Below, piece by piece: positions 14,001 through 23,960 of a stretch of 64,000 nucleotides of DNA. The DNA is from Acanthaster planci (taxonomy: Eukaryota). A model generated the notes under the pieces. The model had not been told where the DNA came from, searched no databases, and saw only the letters and a program-made list of their open reading frames with translations. Position 1 is the stretch's first letter, and each line of letters starts with the position of its first letter. The translations under genes were made by a program, and so were the position numbers. Where the stretch lies: contig NW_019091355.1 of NCBI RefSeq assembly GCF_001949145.1, positions 2,524,646 through 2,588,645 of the forward strand, given 5' to 3'.

Positions 14001-17000
14001 TGAACCCACGTCTTAAACACCGACGTTTGTGCAGGAAGTACTTGAACTTTTGTCCGAGCCTGTTTCATATTTACCCAGTGAGTGAACGCACAGCCCGAAA
14101 GACACGTTCATGCGGAAGCACTCGAACTTTGAGTCCCTGTACTGATACTTGTGCATTTTTCAGATTGTTTGTCCAAACACTTGTATTTCCGGTATTCATC
14201 AAGAGCACTTCATCACATTGTCCAATCCAAGAGGCCCGATTACATGTATACCACAATGGGTTTCAGTATTTAAATGACAGTAAATTAAACAGTGCCAAAT
14301 TAGCAGAGGATACACTGTACAAGGATCTTGAGAGCAGCTTTGAACAATGATTCAACTGTCTGTGGTCTTTATGTGATCGGGTAGATTGTCCCACAGGTGG
14401 GCACTTGCAATAAGAAAAATCCAGTCCCCAGCCTTCTTTTGAGGCATAGGGATGATATGAGTAGAACCACAAGAAGAGCAGAGGGACTTTAAAGTAGCCT
14501 GGGTACTCCCAAGAGACGAAAGATAGTCTGGTGCAGAGTTTCCTGAGTGACTTGAAGGCGTGAACTGTTTGTTTGAATAATAAAAAGACTCAAAGACGTC
14601 ATCGGAGTTATAGTATTCCCCTGTGTTCATCGACAGGTCTGAGTCACCACTCGCCCAGCTCTACTCTACCTCGACCATGGAGCACCACCACTTTGACCAG
14701 TGCATCATGATCCTCAGTAGCAAGGTGGGTGGTTATGTCCCTGTTTATTGTATTATTTATCTGCCTGCGGGGTCATCGGTGTTGTCAGGGCTCTGCTTAG
14801 CCCTCTGTCACCTCTTCTGTGGTAGGCAGAAGCCACATTCTCACAAACAGGGCACAGTTTTTTTTAGCTGAAAAGGAGCAGATGGTGCACCATCAAGCAC
14901 TTTACTCCACGTTTCAAGTTTGCACTTGCACCGAGCGATTTTGGAGCAGTTTGCGAAGATTGTGAAAACTGCAGGGAGGGAGAGCCCAGCCACTGTTACC
15001 TTACCCATTGATTTTGCGCACAGGGGAGGGTTTTTGAAGATTGGGAGAATTTCTCCGCAAAATGTCGCAGGGAGCCGTGATTAATCCCAACCCTGCTAAA
15101 TGCAACAGAATTCAATGTTGGACAAAAGTTGTTGTACATATGTATCGTTGCATTTAGCATTCAGCGTAAGTGGTAGAGCACACTTCATGCCTAGATAGTG
15201 TCCAGGGTGGTGTGTATTCAGTCCACTGCAAAGGGTCACAGAATCCATCATTGCCCTTTGTTGCATTTTGTTGCATTCAGCGTGGTTCTTACTTCAGCTG
15301 CGTTGAGTTCTGTTGCACTCAATAGGTCACGTAGCGAGGGTTCAAACTGGCATGTGCATGTATGGCCCATGATTATCTCGGCTTGTTCTCAACAGGGTAA
15401 TGAGATCTTCATGAATTTGAACGCTGAAGAGTACAGCCAGGCTATGCGTCTCTTGGAGCATGCTATTCTGGCCACCGACTTGGCACTGTACTTCAAGTAA
15501 GCATTGAACCTATCCAATGACCATGCAGTACATGTACGCTGGTGGTCAAGTCTGAAGCAATGTGAGGCTCGACATAGGGATATAAGTCACAAGTCACTAG
15601 AGCCATGTTGAGTTAAAGACGTTTTAAAAGAAATCTTGGAAAACATGAATCAGTTGGAACCCTGACCATCGTTTACCCATATGAAGCCCATTTTGGCCAG
15701 GTTGACAAATTGAGTGGCATAATCTTGGATTACTCGGTTAGCTTCTTCATTGACGACATCCTTTTATATAAGGGCCGTATAGGCATGCATGTTCTCAATT
15801 CAATTATTGGACTTGTAGGTTCCGGGGAGAGTTCTTCAGACTGGTGGAGGAGGGCAACGAAGATTGGACCGATGACGACAACAAGGAGCTGCTTCGTGGA
15901 ATGCTGATGACAGCCTCCGATGTGTCAGCCATCACAAAGCCCTGGGAAGTGCAGAAAGAGGTCAGAAACCCTGCTATCACGATTGTCAGATTGTCACCTT
16001 TTAGTCAAAATTTATCATACGACACATTTGCTAAAGTTCACATATGACTTCGTATTGACTTGTACTTCACTGCTTTGGTTACTTTCAAGGTTGTGAAAAA
16101 TTGTTTTTTAGGTGAATTGGGAAGACAGCTTGTCTGTGGCACTGAACAGATTTGCATGAGTTGGGTACATTTTTTGTTCATGTCACCCAGGTTGCGCAGC
16201 TGATTTTTGGGGAGTTCTTTGAGCAAGGTGATCTAGAAAGACAGCAATTCAACAAAACACCAGAGGTACGTGTTCCTAAGAATAAGTGAAAGATAGCGTC
16301 ATGGTTTTTTTGCAAAACATGTTTATGTCCCAGCCTTTAATAGCTTTCTGTTAGATTTTGATGAATCTGAGGTTACGTCCACCAATTGGGAAGGCTGTGG
16401 TCCCAGTGGAGTGGCCTTCTATTCCGGAATGAATGAAAATGTCATTTGGAATGGAATGTTCCGACCATTCAGAATTATGAGACACTCCTCAAGAATGCAC
16501 ATGGCATTTCTGTTAGTTTAGAGCCCCCACGGAGCGCACACATGTAGAGTAATTCATTAAGTCGCCTATTACTTCTGGACAAGAAAGTGTTTCGTTTTTG
16601 GCCACCTGTTACGGGACCTTACTGGAGTAAACGGATCGAGTGATCAGTGAACTCACAGGTTTGTGATAACGTTTAATGGCAGGACATGATGAATCGAGAG
16701 AAGCTTCACCTGCTACCAAAGATGCAAGTGGGGTTTGTGGACTCAATATGCATGCCGGTGTATGAGGTACGTACTCATCACAGTGAGCAGGGGTGAGATT
16801 TGTCAGGATGTTTCGCGATTTCAGGATTTTTTTATTCTATCAGGATTTTTCTGGTTTTCAGGATTTCTCCCACAATTGAGAAAAATGCTGATTTCAAATG
16901 CTAACAAAAGGAATTCATTCGTTAATTCAAGCTGGAGTTGTAAATGTTGCCGAGGGTAGCTGCAAGTAATAGCGTCTTGCACGAGGACCGGCTGAGATAT

Positions 17001-17239
17001 TTTAATGCCCACAATTCTTACCATACGCATTGCGACAGGCCCTGGCAAAGACCTCAGAGAAGTGTACTCCGCTGCTCAGCGGCTGCAAACAGAACCGCGA
17101 CCACTGGAAGGAGATCGCCGAGGACTGCAAGCAGCCGGGGACAGAGACGAAGGAGAAGGCGTCATCCGACGAGAAGGACATCGACGAATCGGAAGCACTG
17201 CCAGCCTCCGCGCCAGTCCAGCCAAGCAATAAAGATTGA
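2002..17239 (+). CDS. GAF-domain cyclic nucleotide phosphodiesterase, PDE5/6/11 clade (invertebrate Pde11-like / PDE5-like); 5' part lies upstream of the window
   Basis: 15 GT-AG exons join in frame (1524 nt incl. stop): 2002-2072, 3788-3848, 4985-5032, 7042-7185, 7868-7960, 9483-9533, 11697-11843, 12060-12167, 13260-13369, 14637-14724, 15396-15496, 15819-15960, 16191-16265, 16683-16766, 17039-17239. GAF motif [13 protein letters not shown]; catalytic motifs [58 protein letters not shown]. Confidence 0.95.
3167..3407. mobile_element. Tc1/mariner-type MITE
   Basis: TIR ggtaattccagaaataaggggtcc / ggacccctaatttctggaattacc (23/24), inner IR acatctgac/gtcagatgt, TA flanks. Confidence 0.7.
3788..3848 (+). 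CDS. PDE exon ([20 protein letters not shown])
   Basis: tttccag acceptor, GAG|gtaaga donor; GAF motif RFP..IGI.G. Confidence 0.92.
4044..4288 (+). repeat. Dispersed repeat, copy 1 (copy 2 at about 43702-43953)
   Basis: Collinear similarity, e.g. gagggcg..gggtactcac.gcatagg, gtaactaatttag/a..cggcttgtatggtc, gattggggg.gcacttcagct. Confidence 0.85.
4985..5032 (+). CDS. PDE exon ([16 protein letters not shown])
   Basis: polypyrimidine-cag acceptor, AAG|gtgggt donor; GAF LNI.D.Y.D..F motif. Confidence 0.92.
5543..5716 (+). mobile_element. Penelope-like short retroelement fragment with degenerate hammerhead ribozyme core
   Basis: CTGAAGA-c-GACCAG agcaca CTGGTG-GAAATGTC; downstream sequence matches 56389-56509, ending ctttaagtcttat. 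Confidence 0.6.
6521..6766. mobile_element. MITE with 41-bp TIRs and 4-bp TSD (AGTT), GGG termini; possibly Sola-type
   Basis: gggtcattccatgaggttggggcacaacttgtgatggtgtc versus the reverse complement of the right end, 39/41; AGTT on both flanks. Confidence 0.8.
7042..7185 (+). CDS. PDE exon ([19 protein letters not shown]...[11 protein letters not shown])
   Basis: cag acceptor, GAG|gtatgc donor; GAF NKFDE motif. Confidence 0.95.
7868..7960 (+). CDS. PDE exon ([31 protein letters not shown])
   Basis: cag acceptor, GAG|gtaagg donor; end of GAF-B and linker helix. Confidence 0.95.
9483..9533 (+). CDS. PDE exon ([17 protein letters not shown])
   Basis: ttgcag acceptor, AAG|gtagaa donor; LSYHA motif; absent from the ORF track. 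Confidence 0.92.
11697..11843 (+). CDS. PDE exon (KLAVPTIRE...[18 protein letters not shown])
   Basis: ttgcag acceptor, GAG|gtaaac donor. Confidence 0.95.
12060..12167 (+). CDS. PDE exon ([36 protein letters not shown])
   Basis: cacag acceptor, AAG|gtcaga donor; catalytic YHN..H. Confidence 0.96.
12618..12773. mobile_element. MITE with about 54-bp TIRs (CAGACCTGCCAAC...)
   Basis: cagacctgccaacctgtc.ta.tccttcctgagg inverted at both ends; flanks ACAATG/ATAATG (possible 6-bp TSD). Confidence 0.8.
13260..13369 (+). CDS. PDE exon ([36 protein letters not shown])
   Basis: aacag acceptor, AT|gtgagt donor; class I PDE signature HD.DH.G..N.Y. Confidence 0.96.
13397..13589. mobile_element. Degenerate copy of the same hAT-type MITE family (PDE intron)
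   Basis: tcacaagtcatccagtc core and ...cacagcactg terminus match 17299-17479. Confidence 0.6.
14310..14545 (-). mobile_element. Degenerate L2/CR1-group LINE ORF2 C-terminal fragment
   Basis: Minus-strand translation APDYLSSL...SLCSS...[33 protein letters not shown] then (frameshifted) LFKAALK, matching the APxYL/LRSS/GDRAF/LWNxLP/FK pattern. Confidence 0.7.
14637..14724 (+). CDS. PDE exon ([29 protein letters not shown])
   Basis: gacag acceptor, AAG|gtgggt donor. Confidence 0.96.
15396..15496 (+). CDS. PDE exon (GNEIFMNL...[11 protein letters not shown])
   Basis: aacag acceptor, AA|gtaagc donor. Confidence 0.96.
15819..15960 (+). CDS. PDE exon (FRGEFFRLV...[18 protein letters not shown])
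   Basis: tgtag acceptor, GAG|gtcaga donor. Confidence 0.96.
16191..16265 (+). CDS. PDE exon ([25 protein letters not shown])
   Basis: cccag acceptor, GAG|gtacgt donor. Confidence 0.96.
16683..16766 (+). CDS. PDE exon ([28 protein letters not shown])
   Basis: ggcag acceptor, GAG|gtacgt donor; invariant Gln motif. Confidence 0.96.
17039..17239 (+). CDS. PDE terminal exon ([23 protein letters not shown]...SNKD*)
   Basis: gacag acceptor; PLL.GC..NR..W motif; TGA stop; no CAAX box. Confidence 0.93.
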   Translation, partial: ALAKTSEKCTPLLSGCKQNRDHWKEIAEDCKQPGTETKEKASSDEKDIDESEALPASAPVQPSNKD

Positions 17240-17298
17240 TTGAATCGTACAATTGTGTACCCACATAATGTTGCTCCTTTTAGTCAGTCCTTTTCAAC

Positions 17299-17479
17299 CA
17301 GTGTTGTATTCGAGTCCATCACAAGTCCTTTCATAAGTCCATCACAAGTCATTCAGTCTTCAGCCAATTCGCAAGCCATTCAAATGACCTGTGACAAAAG
17401 CATTCCTTTGTCATTGTTCACCCTGTTACTTTTGACTGGCCTTTTGAAGGCACTTGTAATGGACTCGAATACAGCACTG
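17299..17479. mobile_element. hAT-type MITE in the PDE 3' UTR
   Basis: TIR cagtgttgtattcgagtccatcacaagt (26/28) and a perfect 8-bp TSD TTTTCAAC (17291-17298, 17480-17487). Confidence 0.9.
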
Positions 17480-20400
17480 TTTTCAACGATTTCTACTTAT
17501 TCAATTTAAGATTCTAGTGGCATAGATTTAGTATACCGAGGAACTTTTTTCCTAGTACTTTTAGAAGAGGACGTACTACGAATTTTTTAGTCAATTTGAA
17601 GCTCTTGTGTCGTTCAACTTCAAGTTTTAAGCCGGATAAACATACAAAGGCACGTACAATTGCAAATTGCTGCATTTGGTGGTGTTGAGACGGTCTGCCT
17701 CGTAGCAGAAAGTATTCTTTGTGAAACCGTTCATCCCTCCCGTGTTTCACTCTAAAAAAAAAAAAAATTTGCGGTAAATTTTATTGTCAGATGTATGTAT
17801 ATAATTTAACGTGGTTGGATAGTTTTTATGATTAATTTATGGGAAAGTGCAACTTTGCGATGTGGGTAGCTGAGTGGGTGTTTTGGTCCATCCCACCTGG
17901 TTGATTTCTGCAGTATTTGGAGGTTCAATCGGCCGTACTCTCAGGGTTGCTTGCAAGCTCGTTCTGCCATTCGCTCACTCTCCACCTTTGGACGTATTTG
18001 TACAGATATTTGTAAATAGTGCTCCGTTTAGCATGTGTGCTACAACATAACAGTAACATTTCGCTCCAGTACAAGTATTCTGTCCTCGTGGTGTGACCAG
18101 ATCATCTGTGGACGTATTTGCTTCTCGGAATTAATTCTTGGGGGGTAGACATTTAAAATTGATGAATGGAGATGAAATTATGAATTGCCCTTTTGGACAC
18201 TTTTTTTGCTTTTTTCTAGCTTTACTGCATTCACATCAAAGCTACGTTCAAACTTCAAGTTATATGTGTTTGGTGAAGGTCAAGAAAAAATGAACAGAAT
18301 TTTGACTTTGTCAAAAATCAACATAAATAGAAACTTTCTATTTTGTCTTACCTCTTCACAGTAACAGTCAACTTTTTTTTATTCTTGTAGGTTTAAGTTT
18401 GTACTTAGGGACAAAACTAGTTACGGTACGATATATGAACTGGCACACAATTTACTTGTTAGTTGGGGTAGGCTTCAAATGCTGCTGTGTCGCAGTATGT
18501 CCCTCAAAAGTGTTCAAGCAATTTCACCTGCTTGATGGACTGAGTAGAGGTTATGCATTAATTAACGAATCCTGAGAGGGCAAGAGTTTTATAACACTGG
18601 GTAGGCTCAAGTAAACCTTTCGTGCATTCGTTGTAACTAAGTTAAAATAACAAAACCAATATCTAAGACACCGTGGAGACGCCAGCAACGCATAACCTCT
18701 ATAGTTGGCTCAACAGCAGCATTCATGAATACCACATCAAACGTTCAGGCCAAACTGCAGTCCCCCTGAAGCCCGTCTGCATTACAAATCTCAGTTGTCA
18801 CTTTATTATTGCTATCCAGGATAATATAGAAACTTGAATGTGTAGCGAAACTCGGGGCATGCGTTTTCCGCTGAGCATGCATTCTTTGTTAGGAGAGCAG
18901 TGCACCCCTTGATTTGGTTCCAAGCCCATTTGGCCCATCATGCCAGTGTTTAGCTGCAGTTTCCTCGGCATAATATTCAATCTACAGGCTAGGAAGTAAA
19001 AGTACATGTATATTACAATGCTAAGCATAACAAGATCTGACAGACACAAGTTATTAATGAAAAAAGGGCATTGGCACTTGGCAGTTTACCAAAAGTCATA
19101 TCAGTTCAACTACATGTACAAGTTGTAATTGGGGAGTTATTTCTCTTCCGGTACCCACCAAAATGAATCACCAAGACAGATGGGTGTAGATTTGCTGCTG
19201 CCATTTGTGGATCGTGGTGGTGGGAAGATAAATTTTTAGAATTATGATTCCTGCGGCGGGGAATTTTACTTTCAGCGTTTTCCACAGTTTTGGATATTGA
19301 CCAAGTGATATCAATCCTTTACATTTCCTTGCTGCTTTTCGTCTCTATTGAATTCTAATTGAAGATCCTTTGACCTCCTAATGGCAATACACATTTGTTA
19401 TAACAATTTGGGGTTTTTTTTCTTCAACTTTCAGTTTCTGTTTTGATACCTTTGCCCGGTTTGTTTTGGGGAAAATTTATTCATTTGATCATTGTCTTGT
19501 TTTCTTAAACACTGTTCGTATTGAGAAAGAATTTCCTTTTATTTTCCACCAGCTCAAATTCTCTGTGGTAACCCAAGTGGTACTTAATGGATAGCTAGGA
19601 AATTTATTTGCTGGTTTTTCCTCGAGACGATACAGTATTACGCGTGTGGGTGATGCATCCAGTTTTGGTACTCTACTAAGAAAGAATCTTTCCGCTTTAC
19701 AGTGTTTTAATTTTGCAATTGTTTTAATTTGTTACTCTTGACACCTTGTTACACTGTCAACAAAACAGCAAGAGATGGCACCGTGGGAACTATTGGAACC
19801 CTTGGTAATACCCAGGTAACAATATGAAAATGTGAAAAAGGAGTGTGTAAGAGAGTTTACTCAGGTAGCAATCTTAGGAAATTTAGGACGAGACCAATCA
19901 AGAACATTTTGGTTGCAAACAGTGAGTGCCGTCATCTCCTAATTTGTGGACTTGTAAGTCTTGTAAGACTTGCAAGTCTGAGAGTTTACTTGAAGGGGGA
20001 AAAAACCCTGCATTTCTAGACATGATTTTTGGGTCGTTGCATCATGTGTGCGGAAATTTAAGACAGACTGTGGATTCAAAACTGAAAGTGAAGAGGTTTG
20101 AGTGCTTCTGGCCTCCAGCTGTACTCAACTGTTTCTGTTTGTCGGCAGCTTGTTGCGTTCATCAAGAAACTTGTTTTCTCAGTTAAATGATGATTTGATC
20201 ATCAATAGAACCTTGAATTTTTTTTGGTGTTTACCTGGACATGAGTGCGTACTTCATGAGTATTAACCAATACATTTTAATGCTAGTGTTAACCTTAGTT
20301 GTTGGTAACTAGTGATTTATTCAGCCTTTTTAGAGGAATTTCTCAAGCTTTTGTCAAATAACAGTCAGGAAACTCGAAACATGCTGTGCAAATATGCTCG

Positions 20401-23400
20401 CTGCATATTTGCAGAGACAGCATATTTTACACACAGAGAAGCCACAACAGCAGTGTGGCCCTGAATTGTATTTAAAAAAAAAAATTTAGAAGAGTAGAAA
20501 ATTAACAAAAAAGTAACTTCATTTTGAAGAAATACTACTGGAAAGTAGCATACAGAACTAATAGCATGAGAATTGCACCATGTTAAGTCAGCCGTTTTTA
20601 TTCATGTATGTATCAAATCGTGGACGTGTATAAGGAAGGCAGTCTCGCCGTGTGACCGTTTGGGAAGAGTTGCCCAAATGGGACCAAGTGATGATTTCTC
20701 ATTGTAGCGTGTTCATATTACGTCAGATAAATCACGTCATACATGTATCTATAAATAACGATTGTTAATGCTCTCAGCAATAAACTTAAGTTTTGATGTT
20801 TGAGAATTTCACAAATTGTACCCAAACTATGCACTTAACTAGACAGGTTTTATTAAGTTGGTGGAGAGTGTGTTCATTTGAAAATGGCATTTATCGCCAT
20901 TATCAGTTTGCTGCTAAAGTGTACATCTGCAGCCAAACTTCTTTTGATATGAAAAACAAAATCTTCAGGCCTTTTTTTGTTCCAGTTAAGCTTGCTATCC
21001 ATGTGGAAAGCAAACGTGATGTCGTTCGTCATTATTCGGGCCACAGTAGTTCGGCGTGAATGGTCTTCCCTTTAGCTGGGAAACTGGTCATAGTTCCACG
21101 TTTAGGAGCTGTCAGTTTGGGTAAATTGCTGCTGATCGTGTGGATGCTTACAGCCGCTGGAAGTCAATTTGTTTGGACATACTTGTACCTCATACATCTT
21201 AATGGGTCTGATGAGTAGACCCCGTCTGTGTCTTGCATGCAAGCCGGGTCATAACTGTGACTTCACTTTAGTCAAACCACGCCCACTATGCATAGAGTGC
21301 TCATCCAATCGAAGCTTGCACTCAGTGGTGCGTGCGCGTGTATGACGAAGTCACATTAAAATACGAACCGGACACCTTTAGCTTCATATTCCTTTTCGGG
21401 GTTGAATCTCTTTTTATTTCACAAATACATACGTAAGTGATAAGACTGGCGATGTAAGCATCCTGGCAATACAGTTCTCGTGGTAGCTTGTATAGCATAT
21501 TCTGCGTCTCTCTTGAAGGAAATGTTTGTCCCTGACAGTCCTCATTCTTCACCTGTTGAACGCAGAGGACTGCACAGTAACCATGTATTCTGTGATCTTT
21601 GGTCGACAACAAAAAGTGCTGTTTCCAGCTCTTTGTCATAGACATTTTTGTGTAGAATATACAGTTCCTTACTTGTAGTTTGTTACAGCTAAAGTAGATG
21701 AAGAGCTTAACGATAATAGCGACCAAGAAAGGTAATTTTTTTTCGGTGTGAAACTCATGAGTACTTTTTTTCTGTGTATCTTTCGAACATGAGTGACAAA
21801 CGGAGACATTGTGAGGTGAACAGATTGACCATTTTTACCAGCTTCAAACTCAAGACTCCGTGGCAGGTTATCCGTAGATTCAAGGAGTAACTTCTCTTGT
21901 TAGGCAGAATTTAAAAAAAAAAACTATGTTTGGGGTGTCTTAGAGGTCACAGTCGTCCTACACATTTCCCACGTTATGCTGGCATCTAAGGTTTTCTTTT
22001 TCAATTCTGCGATTCAATGTTGAGATTTAATTTTTTAGAAGTAGTTCATCCCCATGGCGGAACATAAGTACTTTTTAAAATCTCTTGAATTGTACTCATA
22101 ATCTTGGCGCAAGTAAGCAAATTATTCTGTGGTGTTTTGGGTGAAGTGTGGTAGCATGGGGAAGTAGGCCTCCGATTTCGAATGTGAGCACCGATGTTTA
22201 AATATGGAAGGTTCTTTTAATAATAGACGCCATGAAACAAGTAGTTAGCAGTTCAAAATTTGCAATTTAAAATTCGCGTAATTGTCTTGAGTGAAATCAA
22301 GTCCTTTCATCGGTGCCGGTAGAAGTCATTCAGAGCCTGTCACGGGGAATGAATGGATTTTTGGAATTCCTAGAATTCGTGGTGTTGAATGGAGCTGACA
22401 GTGGTGTGAGACTTCCCTGGAGGTGTGGCAATGACGCTCAATCGATACATCTGCATTAATACTCCCCCTTAACCTTTTAATGTTATACCTTGCAACACTA
22501 GCCTATACCTTGGATTTACTTTGATTTCTAGACAACATAAAAGGAATGACTTTCAACAAAACAAGAGTGAACAAATTGTTCCCCCCCTTAATAATGGTAG
22601 ACATGTTGCCCGTGCGGGGTTTTTCTGGACGAGGTACACGTAGAGCTGGGTTGATGGTCAAAATCGTTACAGTTGAAAGTAGATGAACCGCTACACTTCA
22701 CAAAACGATGGAGCTTGTCTGCTTTCGACAACTTTGCTGTTTTTTCTATTGTTCTTGCTTGTTTTTTCTGTAATTAGGGGACTGCATGATCAGAATATCA
22801 GTGTGCATTGGGCGTGAATCACTAGTTCTTGCAGTGATTTTTAAAAAAAATACTGGAATGCAGTACCTGTTATCTTCTAAAGCAATAGGATCATCTTGAG
22901 AATCTTTGATGTTCTCCATCAAATCTTTTTGCCAAATGCTAATTTAGAAAAAAGAAATGAAAAGTATGTGTACATAGGAAGCTGTATACCAGTAGCTCAA
23001 TCGTTCACAATTCTTCTTGTCTTTGATATTCAAATATTTTTACTGTTTTTTTCCTGTTTGATCTGTATTCATGGCAATTGGAAAAAGTAGATTTTTTTCT
23101 CTATGAAATTGTGCACAGTCAAGTTTGAGGTACTTCAAGCATATTAATGGTTCTGCAGTAGTCACGTTTAATCCCTTATGAGAAAATTTGTATTGCTATG
23201 GGTGTAAGAGTAGTATTGAGTGACTTCTCTCATTTTACTCCAAAAATTTATGATTGAGGCTTTCCGATACATTTTGACTTTTAAATGCTTCTGTATTTAC
23301 TAACAACAGCAGTGATTATTTTTGAATTTTGGGGGTTGCTAAATATAAGCTTTGTTGAGAAGAACTTGATATTTGACATTTGAGCCAGTAGTGTTCTGAA

Positions 23401-23408
23401 ACAGAACT

Positions 23409-23451
23409 GTGGCGCAGGGTTACGCTCTTATAACGTAGTGAGGTTCGAATC
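23409..23451 (+). repeat. tRNA-derived (SINE-like) head remnant
   Basis: A-box-like TGGCGCAGGGTTA and B-box GGTTCGAATC; no cloverleaf. Confidence 0.3.
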
Positions 23452-23782
23452 TGGGTCAGTATTTTTGACAGGTGCCCTGATGGCAGAGTGGAAAATGTCT
23501 TTTACATGCTGTGATTTGGAACTGATTTACTTCACAAATCTGACATAGCCTTTAGAACGGCTGCCGCAAAACAGGAGGAAGACTTTGTAGAATTACTTCG
23601 GTGTTGAAAGGGGGTTGTTGGTGACAACATAAGAATTTCTACATTATCCATTTCGACAGAAGCAAACCACAGACCTAGAAAATGATGTCGTCCGGCAGCG
23701 GTGCTGCTTAGCGCACAATTTCACGCTAGCAAGGCACCGTGTTTATCGTAAGCAGTAAACACAGCAAAAATGCACACCTAAC

Positions 23783-23960
23783 AGAGTACCGAATTGAATA
23801 CGTCACGCGCACAATTAGTGTGCGTGAACCAACACGCGCGCGTACTCCATTCGTTTGCATTGCACTTCTGGTTTAGAGTGACGTCACACTTCTTGTTGGT
23901 TCACGCGCTAATGCCTTTTACACACTAATTGTGCGCGTGACGTATTCACGTCGGTACTCT
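23783..23960. mobile_element. CpG-rich MITE-like element with 40-bp TIRs
   Basis: agagtaccga..tgaatacgtcacgcgcacaattagtgtg inverted (38/40); internal GTGACGTCAC. Confidence 0.8.

Noticed and set aside
21208..21260. CTGATGAG...gaccc/gggtc hammerhead-like motif
   Set aside because: Lacks the GAAA after stem II.
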